DNA of 64,000 nucleotides. It comes from Phoronis australis (lineage: Eukaryota; Animalia; Phoronida). How positions within the stretch are numbered: the stretch's first letter is position 1; each line of letters starts with the position of its first letter. The notes under the pieces are model-generated. The model was not told where the DNA came from, did no database searches, and saw only the letters and a program-made list of their open reading frames with translations. The position numbers were made by a program, and so were the translations under genes. Shown here piece after piece: positions 25,101 to 39,500 of the stretch. The DNA lies in contig NMRA01000135.1 in NCBI GenBank assembly GCA_002633005.1, positions 590,183 through 654,182 on the forward strand, read 5' to 3'.

Positions 25101-27597
25101 CGTTTACGCGAACAGTCTATCCACTTGCACAAACGTCTTCACGGTTGCACACAAGTACAGAATGCACACGAGCCAAAAGGATCACATGAACTTTCTGTTA
25201 ATAAAAAATGGTAACATCCAACTGAAACTGAGCCAGGGGGTACTCCCCCTGTAGAAGAGGCAAATGAGAGGAGTTTGTTGATACCCAATAATTCTACGCA
25301 AAAGTTGAACAGATATTGTAATTTAACTCAAACTTTTTATCATCAAGTCAATTCACCGATACTATCAGCAATGACTCCGACTTGACACAAAAAGACACAA
25401 AATCTGAATAAAGTGTATTAACAACATGGTTACATATTTCCAGTTATAATGGCAAAGTTGAGCTTGAACATTGTACACTGTGATTTTAATTTAAACGAAT
25501 TGAATAAATGAGAACGTAAAACACTGTAGGGTGAGGTGCTCACATGGCCATGACTCCAGCCACCAAGTATTTCTACTATTCTTGCTACATGCACAAACTT
25601 AACAAAATACATTGCATTTTCCATGAAACAGGCTCTGAAGCCAGACATCAGCGAAACAATTTGCTAATGCTAAAGTAGAAAATGTTCTGTACTCCAAATG
25701 ATGGCACAAATGTATAATTTATCTTGCACAATGTGAAATGATATGTTTCACAATACCACCACAAGGTTATCTAAGTCATCCCCACTTGAAAACTATGTTC
25801 ACGAACTTACGTGCACCACTAAAGAACAGACCAATTGCCATCTGCTAAAAACACTCACATTGCTTGAAAAACACAGCCTCAGTTTGTTGTAATTTTGACT
25901 ACTTTGAAAAAAAAAAATCTTTTGGTGAACCTTTTGATAAAGTCATTAATTTCAAGTTGGCTACTAAAGCCAGAATTGTTTCATTGCTCGGTGCCGATGA
26001 GTATGCTTAAAATACACAAATACGAAAATGTAAAGGGCGTAAAGCTTACATAGGAAAAATGGCAGTATCGTACAAAAATAAGTACCCAAAAACCATGATA
26101 TGCAACAGTTACAGGGCAAATGCATCTATGCTTGGCACCACTGTTCTCCGCTTTCAAAACATACAGGCAAATAAATAGTAAAATGAAGCGGTTTTGATTC
26201 TGTAAAAAGGCGTCGCTGCACATAAAGCAGTCCACCTATCTTGGAAATAATATTTGGTTCTTTCAATGGAAGTTCACAGCATGAGCTGAAGAACAGACAA
26301 ACTGAGAAGCTTCTTTGGCATGGCTCGATGTGGAATGCAGACAAACTAGGTAATTTTACTATAAAATGCACAAAATAAAATCATAACAAAATAGAGTTTC
26401 ACAGTGGCCATTTTTCAGTTATTCTGCACAACAGCAATGATTGCCAAAATTACAGACTTCCTATTTTTGAAAGACTTCCTAATTTACAGAAAACTGAAAC
26501 TTTTATCCCAGTGAAATTTTCTTCATCTGTTTTTGCTGAGAAATTTCACATTCTGCTGTCATACTCTGTGTTGAATAAGTTACGAATAACCATATCACTT
26601 TAAAAATGCAGTCATAATTCGCAAAAAAGCAATAAAAAAACAATAACTACCGCAGACTGAATAAATATAAAATCCAAAAAATACTAATCAATAATTACAA
26701 ACCAAAATGGAAGCCAGCTTCTTCATTGGATCCGAACAATAAACAACTTCATCTCAAAATGGGTGCAAAAACTTGTTGAAAGTTATTCTATAAACTTACC
26801 CACAAGGTATGAGTCTTCAAAGTTTAAAACTGGGTCAACAATTGAACACTTTCTACTCAGAACCTTAAAGTTTGATCTTAAAGAATGTTTCCACCAACTG
26901 CGAGCGACTTATGCATACTATAGTTCACTGCTACCGACTATAACCAGGAAAAGAACCACAGCGAGCAGACAATAAAAGTAGAGCCAACATCGCAAGTTAA
27001 GATCTGACTAAATGTAATTGTACAGTAACTTGATCTGCTCTTGATTGTGGTCTGGTATACTGATAAGCCACAGGTGCAAATTCAAGATCCTGATTAGGTA
27101 GTCCGATGAATGACATTTTTATGGAGAGCGCATGAATTCATTTACAAAATAAGATGAAGGAAATTGTTGATGTGTTTGAAACCAATCAATCGTGTGCTTG
27201 CAATGAGTTGTGAATGAAGTGTCAAGCTTGTAACTTCCCATAACTATATGTTTGGAATGCACACACATCAGTTATCTGTAAATAAAAAGGTCCACAGACT
27301 AAATTTCTCGACAACCGTGACATAAGTGACCAAGAGAACAGCTTCTGGTCCTGCACCAATGAGCTTAATGGTTTACAAATTCAAGGGAGGTCATGCCCTA
27401 GAGCTTAGGCATGGTCATGAGATGAAATGCAAAAACACGGCACTGGAAATCGGCTGCTACTTAGCACAACAACACAGTAATACTGTGAAATGCAATCCTT
27501 AAAATATACTGGCACAAACATCCAAACTATTGGATTCTTAACAGCATGCAAAAAGCCCATTAACAGGAAAGCAAAAACAAAAACAACAATTAATGCC

Positions 27598-30500
27598 TCA
27601 CTGTGGAAACAACGAGTTACCATCGGGTCCAGGAATGACGACTCCAGTCTTATTAACAATAAAAAGTATCAATGCCATAACACCAATGGTGACAATAGTT
27701 GCACATAGGGACTTGGCTGTAGCCTTCCAGTTACTTTTGAAGCGTGCTGGTGCCATGAGGGCCAGAAGGGCGATACACACCGTCAGGGTGTACACGATGG
27801 ATACGGTGATGTTAATGGCGACTATCTGACCAAACTTGGCAAACGGTTGTATGATGGTCTGCGTGAGAGGGATGGACGCCAGTACTGTGGTCAGGGCACT
27901 ACTCAGGATGGACACGCCAATGTGACTGACCGCAGCCGAGGTCCTCCAGTGACGCAGGCTGGACTCACTCTGGAAAGGGAAAAGCAATAATAGAAATAAT
28001 AGTAATAGTAATAATACTACTAATAATAACAACAATAATAAAAATAAAAACAATACAAATAATAAAAATATTGTAACATTACTGCAATAACTGGACTTCC
28101 AATCTATGTAAAATAATCACTTAGCATCAAGGTACTTAATATTGAAACTGTATTAACTTAATATGAGATCAATATTATAACATGTTCAACAAGAAACACA
28201 CAAAGGTGCAACTAAAACAAAGAAGAAAAAATTACTTAATACAAAACATTGTCTAACATTTATAGACACTTGATCGATAAGGTCCAGGTGATACCACAGC
28301 AGTTTAGCTGAGTGGGAAGGTATGCATTACAAAAGATGGTCACAGCATACGAGCGTGGTCAATATTGTGTTAATGCACGGTGTCCACTTTCATGCGGTAA
28401 TTAATTGAAATGAAACATGATCGCAGCTTTTACACGATAATGGCAAAAATAGCACAGATATCAACACGACCCTAACACGAATACAGACCACAGTAAGCAA
28501 GTTAGAATCATTTGCAACAAGCACCCTCATACACACCTGCTCCACCTCTGGTGGTGGTCGTTTGCCTGCAAGTATGTAAGCCTCCACCAGATGTACACAG
28601 TAGTCAACAGATGTCCCCACTAGTATGGACAGTGACACAGCCTCCACAGCGCCCAACTCCCAACCAGCAACAAAGAAGAGAGCAACCACCATACAGATCT
28701 CTCCTACAACAGCAGTCAACGAAGGCTCAACAAATTTGAAAGGCTAAGATCTGTGTAACATTTAGATAATTATATATTACGTAATAAGAAGATAAGGGGA
28801 ACATTTAGTTTTCAAATGGCTAAATGGTGAAAGAATATGAAAAATACTTCAATGGCGATCCGCCATCTTGTTCACTCTGTTCAGTATGTGATGATGTCAC
28901 CTGGACGAGTCTTACCAAGACAGCAGGTTGCCACAGAAATACCCCTCAACATTATGCTAGCATTATACCTGTAACCTGTTTAACTTGTTCATATATTCAA
29001 TTAACCTCTCTTCTGTTTAAAAATCTGAATAATGGTTATTAAATTTATCAACAAATAAATATACCTTCACCTTTTTCATTTCCCTCAACGTTTCAAAAGT
29101 TAAAGTGGAAATTCGTGCGTAAGGGGAAAATGCAACATGAACTACTCCTATACGGTAAAATCTCATCAAGTTAAAACCCAATAAGAAGAAATATTGCAGG
29201 CGGTCTGATGCACATTGTACCATACATGCGCAGGCTGAGTACGTGGGCCCATTGCACTGATCCCCTGGAAACCATTTTTATCCTTCTTATTAATAAGTTA
29301 AAACCGAGCTGAGGAGCTAGAAACCTGACTCAAGGATTTAGCAGTGTGACCTAGTGGGACCCGAGTCCGCGACCTTGAGTAAAGAAAGCAGACACCTATC
29401 ACACTAGTCCACACTGCCTTCTCTAGGACTCAATATGGTGGACGAGTGAACTCTTGAAGCACTTTACCACCAGACTACATTTTGAAAATTAGTGCGACAT
29501 TCACAATTGAAATCTAATAAATTTCGACATCAGTCTTGTCCGAAATTGGCGAGACGTTATTGTAACTACCATAAATTTCAGCATACCAAGTATTGTGACA
29601 CACGTGATGATGAGCAACTTGACATGTGATGTGAACACAGCTACAGCAGCCACACAGATGACCATTGACAGAACCAGCCCATAGACGGCGCTACTGACAG
29701 CCACCACCTCCATCATCACCTTAACACACACACACACAGAGAAATTAAAACATAGAAAAGTTCTAGTTAATTAAAATACGGGAAAGACAATATTCCAAAT
29801 AAGCTTCATTTCAGATAAAAGCTTCATAGATTTTAACGGATATTTACCAACCAATCACGTAAAAAATCTTGTTCCCAAATCTTTAACTATTTCAGTACCA
29901 AGTCATCAACTTTTTTCAAAAATTTTAGAATCTTAAAAAATTTAAGCATGGTTATCGAATTTCTAGCGGTGTCCCAACAAAGAAGTTGATAATTATCAAA
30001 CCTCACTTACTTTAAAATTACTTAAATCTGACTTTAGGTCACCGCGGAAAAATGCAAACTAAGAAAAGTCCAGATTTTACTGAACTTTTGAATGCAACTA
30101 ATTTTTACTCCAAATTGGTGAAAGCAAATTAAAGAAAGAGTTTGTTGGCTTAAATTCATTCACTTTCGCTTATTTACAAAACGGACAAGAGACTGATTTT
30201 AAAAGACAATCATGGTATATTGTATTTGATAATCATGACCATGGATTCAAAGGAGATCAACAGAATTATGCTATATTATTTTCAAAAATCAAAGCTTATC
30301 ACTAGAAATAATCTTTAAATTACCAGTCTCCAGAAATGAGATGTCTGAAACATGTCTTGCAACGGGGAATCTTGGGAAATGTTCTTCTTGATGGAGTCGA
30401 TGAACTTCTCCCATTTCAAATACTGTTGATAAGCCGTGAAATAGGACTGGCCTTGGTCAGTGGTCTGAAAGTGACAAATGTGCTCAAAGTTACAATCCAA

Positions 30501-33500
30501 TAATTAAAGATTTCCATGGTTCTCATGATTTACTGAAAGAATTACACCTGAACCCCTGCAGAATAACTCCTGAACCCCTGCAGAATTATAAAAAAAACTT
30601 GTCATATGAATTTAAAAACCATAGTCAATAAGATTGTCTCAGGGACTTCACAAAATATTGTGGAGTTTTTATTGTCACTGAAATTATGTGCAAAACAAAC
30701 AACATACCGATTCATAAGCGAAGGCCATCCAGATCACCTGACCCCTGATTATCTCTGCCAAGGCTCTATCGGGTAATGCCGTAAACCCGTCCACACTCCG
30801 CTGTATACCAGGCAAGTGGGCACACTCACTGTACAGCGACATGTAACCAAGGATGATGCTCTCTGTTGTGGACAGATCTGTTAAAAAAATAGTGTGAGTA
30901 TTCTGAAGAATGAGGACAAGTCTGAAGACCTAAGAGGTACATCATCCGTAGAAACCTCAGCAGAGTAATGTTAACATACACGAGTCCAATGTTTCAACAA
31001 AGTTCAAATGATCATTCTCAAGGAGTTCACCAAAACCCAACAACATGGTTACAAGTGACAAGATCAACTGATAACCAAAACTCACATACAAAAGCCACCA
31101 TCAGGGAGAAAAGAAACAATTTTGAAACAATAAAAGACTTACTTTTTCAATGAATGCTATGAGCGAAAGCCGAGACATTCTCAATACGAAAATCATTTCA
31201 TGAATAATTTTTCAAAGTTGAGAAAAACAAGTAGAGTAGACACCATAGAGGGGTAATGTCACAATCCCACACATTCTTCACTCCACTCAATAATGACAGC
31301 AGCTACACTATGAAAGAAAACAAATCTCACCACAATTTGATGGTGTCTAGTGATGTGCAAATGAATACTTGCTCGGGACACGAAGCATGAATTCGTTAGT
31401 AGGGAGAAACAGTGAGTTCAATCGTGCATCTTTGACGCTGTGTAACAAAGCGGTGTGTTTTAATCCATTTCCTTTCTTACAACTACCGTGATTTCCTCCT
31501 CACATCTCTGAGTACCTGTCTTAAGTGAAACTATCCGAAACAACTTACAGGGATTCCTAGGATCAAATGGCAGACATTGTGCTGAGCCAGGCTTCACCAA
31601 GTCCGTGTTGTTCCCAATCAGTTTACAGACACGGCACAAGTCTCGCACCATCTCACCGTTCACTCTGTTCTTAGCAAGGTCAAGATTTTTGCCAAACTCT
31701 TTGTTATAGATCAAAGATCCCTGTGAACATAACAAGGTGAGGATATTTGAGTTAGATTGCCAGTAGATGCGAAGGCTTACTTGGACCACCGACTTGAGTA
31801 TAAACTGAGATTAAGTGTTCAGTATTCATGTACTGATGGCATAACTTCATGACAAAGCAGTATTTTTGATATTTGCTATTTTAAGAGAACGGTATTTTGT
31901 TGTGGAGACTGCATGGAGTGAAGTGCAAAATTCAATTGTTTACCCTCTAAAAGCAGGCAATGCAAAATTCAGTTTGTTAACATTTGAGAGCAAGCAATGG
32001 AAAACTGTTTGTTTATACTTTGAGAGCAAGCAATGCAAAAACTGTTTGTTTATACTTTGAGAGCAAGCAATGGTTTAGTGAAAATCCATGATTTTTCTTT
32101 CAGAAATTCCTTTGAAACAGCATGACCCACCAAAGCATTCAAACACTGATAATTGAAGAATTTTGTAAACTCAATAAACCATCCACCCAAAAAGGTCACG
32201 ACCGGCTATTATATAACTCTGCATGGTACGAGTTGGCTTTTGGTTGCAATTTACAAGTCCAGTCAGTTTATTCAACAGTATCCAGTGAATCCTTATATTC
32301 CTGCCTGCAAAGTTAGCATATTAAATACCAACACTACAACTTGTGAAATTCTAATTAGCATTTCTTTCTTGTCCAACCTTGAACTGAAGCAGAAAATTAC
32401 ACCCAAAAATATTGAAATTTAAGTAAAAATGGACAGCCAGTGTGATCTTGAAATTTTAATAAGTCACTCCAGTCTCAAAAAAGAAACTGCAAAATATGGT
32501 GGACATTAAATACTTTTACCCAATTTATTTCAAGAATTAAAAAAATTTAAGGAAATGACGAATTAAAATATTACGTGAATGTAGGAATTTGTGGCAGGAA
32601 GTGACATCACTTCCTGCTACAAACTCCTAAATTCACATGACCAATGTTGTTCTAATCTTAACATTACACATGACTTGTTGTAGTAATTCACAAGACCATG
32701 AAGTGGTCTACTGAAGCCAAGCTTACCGAGGATGAGAACACATGATCATGCGACACATTAGAGTTGTTAACTCCTTTCAGTCCAAACACCACGTAGATCA
32801 TAGCACTTGATTCCAGGTTGGGTCTTGATGCTGCCTTCTTACACTTGTCCCCTTCACACAGGGGCAGGTCAGGGTCCACAGGGGAGGGGACCACGTGGGT
32901 CAATGTAGTAGTCTCAGGAAGGGTACCTAAAGAATGTCATCACGACAAGTGCCAATAAACAAACAATACCTCAGGTGCAGGCTAAGCTCTACATGCAGTT
33001 ACAAGGGCCTGTGCTGCCATTGAACAGTCTAAGAGTGTATCAGTCCTGTGAAGAGTGATCAGCGTGTGAAACAATGAATGACTCGACTAGCAGAAAGTCA
33101 AAGTCCACATGAAGAAATGCATCCTCATGTGTGCGACAAAAAAGGCCAATCAATGGCTGCAACTAATATTTCCACAAGCAATGACACTGGGTGTCACTGA
33201 AGGAGTGTGACTGTTTTTTTGTTCGTTAAAAGTTATTGTTCACAGGCATGTTTAGATCTTCAATCTTAACAGTAAGAACAAATTATGTCAATTTGTTCAA
33301 GAACACACAAGTTTTTTTAGATTGCACTTTCACCGACACACAATATCCTCCATTACCGTAGACTGGCCGTTTCACCGAGTGCCTTCTTACAGTCGTAGTT
33401 GTCCTAGGTGTGCTGGTAGTTTTTGCAGGTTTCTTATTTTTGTTGCTCCCTGAACTTGTAGGCTTTAGGTTCCAGTCAGGCCAGTGTATGGAGGGGGTGG

Positions 33501-36500
33501 GTGAAGGTTGCACGTGGTCTGGACGGTGGTATCTAGGGTCATCAGGCCTGGATGGGCTGGCAGCGGGGATCTCCTGCAGGACACAACAACGTGTTAACAA
33601 ACAACTCGGTCAATACACACAATTACAGCATCAAAACTTTCCTCCCTTTAACAGCACACGGGAATGATGGTTGGTTGATGTCATCAATTTAGCACAGTCA
33701 AGAACAGCCTTGGACATACAGTAGAGATATACCGCTTTGGCACAATGTGGGCAACACATGAGCAAAACAAAACGAAGCACAAAATTAATGACTACACTCT
33801 TCCTTGTGCAAATAGGCTAAAGGTGCTAAAAATTGCAGTTAGTCTGCTGCTAAATTTATGGAATGACTTCATGTTTCGGCTTTGAGGGCCGTGAAATAGA
33901 GTGACACCTATTGGCCAATTTTTCAATCAAATGTTCTTTTTTCACGAGGCTGCATACCACTTACAACAAGTTACTGGAATTGGCTTAATTTTATCACAAG
34001 TGTGAAAATCCAAGGTCTACATAACTTTTACACCCACTGTTCACTATTAGTATTTTGGTGGAAGTTTATGTACAGCTACCTAGCTGCCTAGGTCAGGAAA
34101 GGCATAACAAGATAAAAACGCTGTAATGATTACAAACCAGTGGTCCAACTGACATACATATCAAGACATTCTCTGGCCTTCAGTGTGCAGCCAAAAATAC
34201 ATCCATGTTCATGACTGAATTCATTTCCTTATTTGGAAGATCACATGACTTGACTAGCCTGATAGGTGTTTGTACATTGGCAATCAAAAATGGCTGTTGA
34301 GAACAAATGTATGATACACTGTTTATTTGTTATTATGTTATTATTCTGTACACATTGATATAGTATCCTTTCAGCAGCATGATATGAAGACAAGTGTATC
34401 TGTAGCACAAGGTTATACCATTGCTGCAGTATGAACACCTGCACAGAGTACGCAGAAAGTGAGCTTATGAATGTGTTCCTGTAACTGGGGACATCAACAT
34501 GGAATTAAAAGCAAAAAAAAAATTATTGTGTAGAGGGGACCAATCAGAAGCGTGCCAAGTTACTCAATGTCATTTTTATAAACCAATCATGAGCCAGAAT
34601 AGATCAGAGCCATCTAGTGTCTGCTAGGAATTAGTCAGTCTAATGCATATAATCTACCAAAAAACGTGAAGTGAAGAGATAGCCAATGCATCCAAGGGGG
34701 TAGTATTGACGATGTCACAACAAAGAATCTTATAAGTTAAGAAAACCGACAAACCTATCAATATATTATTCAATACTAACATAGTCTTCACAATATAAAA
34801 TACAAAAACTTATTCTGTGACCTTAAAAGAATGGACACTATTCTCAAAACCACAAAATCATTATATCAAAAAGAATCAGCATTGTGCAGTCATTCACCTA
34901 TGAAAGAAAATTAATGAACTATTTATTTAACGATTCCAACAATCAGACCCGTAATAAACTGACTACAAATTGCACGTTTTTATAAATCAGCTATTAATAC
35001 CATAAAGAAGCCGGAGCAGACGTCACAAGAAATGCCTTCAGCACTAAGGTTGGTCTTCAGATCCATGAACATTTGGAGATTAGTACCAGACTTGAACAGT
35101 AGAGGGGGCCGTGATGCAGGCTGCAGCTGGGTAACCAGTCCAACAGAGATGGCCAAGAGAACCAGGAAGGCAGCTGAAATATTACTTTCATTGTTGACAT
35201 GGTAAGTCAATAGATGGCAGGTATGTGCATCTCATAAACAACATGAGAGTGTCTGGTAATGAAAGCAGGTCAACGACTTCACAGAATATTGCATAATAAA
35301 AAGCTATACTGTTGAATATAACAGAAAGACACAGAGGTCGTACAGACATGAAATGACAACTTGATAACGAGAGACAACTAATGAGTTACAGGCGCAGAAC
35401 ACAATATTGACTTATTAAGTTTAACAGCCTGGAAAACATTACACAACAAACCTTTCCATTCCAACACAACTCAAACAAAATAAGGCAAACATAAAAGCCG
35501 TCTTTGTTACTTGGCGGAATTCTTCCGCCAAGTATGTTGGTCTGACAGGAAGTTTTTTTTTGTTTGTTCGCTCTCTACAGGTCGCAATTTCCGTCCGATT
35601 TTCACGAAATTTGCACACGTGTAGATCGGGAACTGCTAGAACGCCATTGTTTTTGGTCATGATCGGATACAAAATGGCGGACGTGGCGGCCATTTTGTAT
35701 CTGATTTCACAGTCAAATACTCGTAGAGGCAGCATTTTTCGACCTACATCGCTGAAAATCGGTACGAATATACTAGAACGCATGTGCTACAATTGTGCAG
35801 AAAATCGTTGACTTCCGGTTAAAGATGGCGGAATTATTGGACGTGGCGCATGCACACCCCGAAATATGGCCAAAAACGTTTTCTCCTGTAGAGGGCGTAT
35901 TTGCAAACCAATTACTTTCAAACTGGTCACGTGTTTGTTGAGTTTAATAAGCTTTTATAAAAAATTATTGAACCGGAAGTCACTTTCAAGATGGCGGCTG
36001 TGGGGCATGTTCACACGGTTTCAATTGCTCTGGTGTCGCATTTTTTATGGGAAGAGCAAATGACGTGAATTTTTGCATGTGGATTCCTTGAAGTATGGCC
36101 TTTCAAAAAGTCTGCGAGAGCGTATTTCTCAGACTTACCGTTTTTGAGTTATTTGACTTTGAATTTCAAAAAAAACCGGCAAATTTTCAATTTTCTCAAA
36201 ATTTTTTTGGATTTTTGCCAAACTACCACTTTAGGTAGAGTTTTGAACAGGCTTTCAGGAGATATTTTCCATTTTGCGCTACGACGTCTACTTTTTGAAT
36301 TATTCGAGATTTTCGGATACCGTTGTTCCTTCGGTCACACGTAGCTGGCTGGCTTTCAGTTCACTTTATTTTGGTTATGCCTAGTTGACCCAGACTGACC
36401 CAGCCAGCACTGTCCTACTGCAGACTGGACCGTCATGTTGTGCCATCTATTGTTCTTTATTGTAGTTGATTGTATGCTCTCTATTTGATTTCTTCGCTAG

Positions 36501-39500
36501 TCACATGATTCTTTATCGTAGTTCATTATATGCTCTCTATTTGATTTCTTCGCTAGTCACATGATTCTTTATTGTAGTTCATTATATGCTCTCTATTTGA
36601 TTTCTTCGCTAGTCACATGATTCTTTATTGTAGTTCATTATATGCTCTCTATTTGGTTTCTTCGCTAGTCACATGATTCTTTATTGTAGTTCATTATATG
36701 CTCTCTATTTGATTCCTTCACTAGTGACATGAATGTTATCGTGTTATTCATTATTGCCGCTTTGATCGTCATAATTGTCGTCGTCCTCCCCATCGTCGTC
36801 TTTTCGATTAATTCCGCCAAGTTTCGCTCCTCCGAGCGCTCTCGTTTTATGTCTTCGTTTAGTTGTCCTTCAGGGTATGTAGGTCCATTACTATGAATAA
36901 GTTGGACAAACTATAACGGAACCTATTGCCTTTTAAAAATCCGACTCACCAAGGAACTAAAAAATAAAAGTCCTTTAGATGAATAGACAACTTTTTAATG
37001 CTCCGGCATCTCTTTCCTAGTATATAACTGCCTCGCATTTTTTGGTAAACTTACTTAATACCCCTGTAAGTGTTCAGAAGCTATACAAAAGATGGCACAG
37101 TCTGATATAACATGCTCGGACTTTGAGAACCAGTTGATGCCTGTTATTCAGTAGAGAAAACTGGTTCTCAAAATGTGCGTACATTATATCTGACTACTAC
37201 CCAAAAGATGATAAATATATATGGAATGTCTAAATTCCCACAGAATAGTCACTCACCTAAGACCAGCCACCTGAACTTTATGACAGGTACAGCGATGTAA
37301 TAGTACATGAGAGCCTGTATCCTACTGGTCAGTGTACACCCCTCTGACCTACGGACATTCTGGTCAACGGACCTCCATTCATCTTCCAGCACCAACATTG
37401 CAACATCATCATCTACACAACAGATGGCAGCACTTAACTAGTATTTGTACAGTAATCAATATTCTTCACTTACTCAGCACACAAATGGAAAGTTAGTTTT
37501 CTAAAAATATCAAATGGGAACTAGACCATAATAATTGTTGTATAGCTGCAGTTTGCATTATTTAGTGATAAAAATAGGATTATTTGCAATAATGACAATT
37601 TCGGCAAACAATTTTGTCACAACAAAATAAGTAAAAAATGACTAAACCAATATAGTCTAGGATAATTGAAATCTAGCAAAACAGGGATACGTTTTGAACA
37701 TACATAACGAGAACTTGCCCTAGCTACAACTTGTTCCAGGGTTATCTTGTTCTAGGACAACTCGTCATGTGAACGGTACTTATATTTCACATTATGGTGG
37801 TGGCTGATATCCAAAGGTGGGTTAATGAATGCTGCATTTTGTACATGTTTAACTGTCTTGTTAACCAAACCATTTGGGGCTTAAATGCATTACCACGCTC
37901 ATCCAATATTGGATTCTTGTTGAATGAGCTGGCATCTCACAAGTCACAAGTGTGACTTTCTAAAACCGATCTGAGGTGGTGGCGTGTTATTTTACTGTAA
38001 TTATTAAAATCTCTTGGTCTATTTACACCATCCCTACTCGTATAATATATAATAAAAAAAATCACACCATGAGTGTACCACATATCCGTGCTCGTTCTTC
38101 TAAGAACGCAGGAACACCCGATAGACCGACCGAAACGTCGTGACAATGTAAATAGACAAGAGGTCGGTGTAAGTAGACCAAGAGATTTTAATTACAGTTG
38201 TAAGTCACAAGTAATGCGACATGTTCCAAGTCAATAACGAATTCTCAATTTTAGGGTAGATGAACCTTCTCAGTAAACTTTAAAAATTAATGTTTTCTTG
38301 ATTCGCTGATGTTTTTAATGTTTTGTTGGCAACGGAAATAAAATACCATCATGTTAAGGAATATTATGAGGACGATATTATGAGAGAAAAACACCTAATT
38401 CGGTTTTCATTTCAGCCTGTTAAACAGGTCGAAATGCAGAAATCTAAATGGACAACTGTAAAGTTAACACGAACCAATTCTATGACTGCAAAGCATTCCA
38501 CTGATTGACGTGGGGATCATTGAATTTTTTTTCCTCTGCCAATACATTTGTCAGGAAAATGTTTTACTAATCCCCAATCAGACTAGAGTAACTCACCTTG
38601 ACTAGCTTCATCCAAATCGAACATGGGCACATCATCATCAGATTGAGATGAGCTATTGACACCTGTCATGTCTGATTGCTGACTAGATGACAGGAAGTGC
38701 GTGATGTCACCAGGGAGAGGCATGCTGGGAGAGGCCTGACACTTAAGGCAGCTGAAAGTATGATTGTATAGATGTGTAGCCACATATATATGTGAGAGGA
38801 CGCCTGGGAGCTTGTAGTCACTGGGGCATGGGCTGTAATACTGATTATGGACAGCAAACACAACCAAAGTTTGTCTTAAAATGGTTTTAAATTACTGATT
38901 GACCACAGCATGAAGTTGCTTTAAAGGGTCAAAACTGGAAAGCAAGTTAAAATAAAAACAAGAGCAACACAGAGCGCTGATCTGAGGCCACGGCGTGCAT
39001 CGCATACAGCACACAGATGAGATGATCATTTTTTAAACATTCTCATAAAAAGGAGCAACGCTAGTAAACGTAAAATAACCCCTAGGGGGTGCAAAGCAAA
39101 TCAGTAATTCTCTGCACATTACGAACACACACCTGCTACCTTTCATTGCGATTCGTCACACAGTTTGGAAGATTGGGAGGCGGGCAACAAAGAACTTACA
39201 CAAAAACAATAAAAAGGCCACAAGGGGGCCAAACACAGGCCAAATCCATTTGAAACGAGCCTTGTGTTGTCATCTACAGTATACTAACTCATCTGTCAAA
39301 TTTCATGAAAAACCATCCAGGAACTTAATAGATATTCAATGAAAACACCCAGAAAAACAAAATGGTCACTGCAGACTAGTTGGATTGGACACAAAATACA
39401 TTTCAGTTGTACACCTCTCCATGAAATTGCACAGAAATTTCATAAAAATTATGAAATTGGCCACTAGGTGGTTTATACTAAATCCATCTGAAATGTCGTT

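Noticed and set aside
22125-27597. Iron-responsive elements (CAGTGN loops) in the UTRs
   Set aside because: The CAGTGN occurrences I checked lack the 5-bp upper stem and bulged C.
27970-28053. Poly-Leu signal-peptide-like N-terminus of ORF 27598-28053
   Set aside because: It is the translation of an intronic (AAT)n microsatellite. The real exon starts at 27969.
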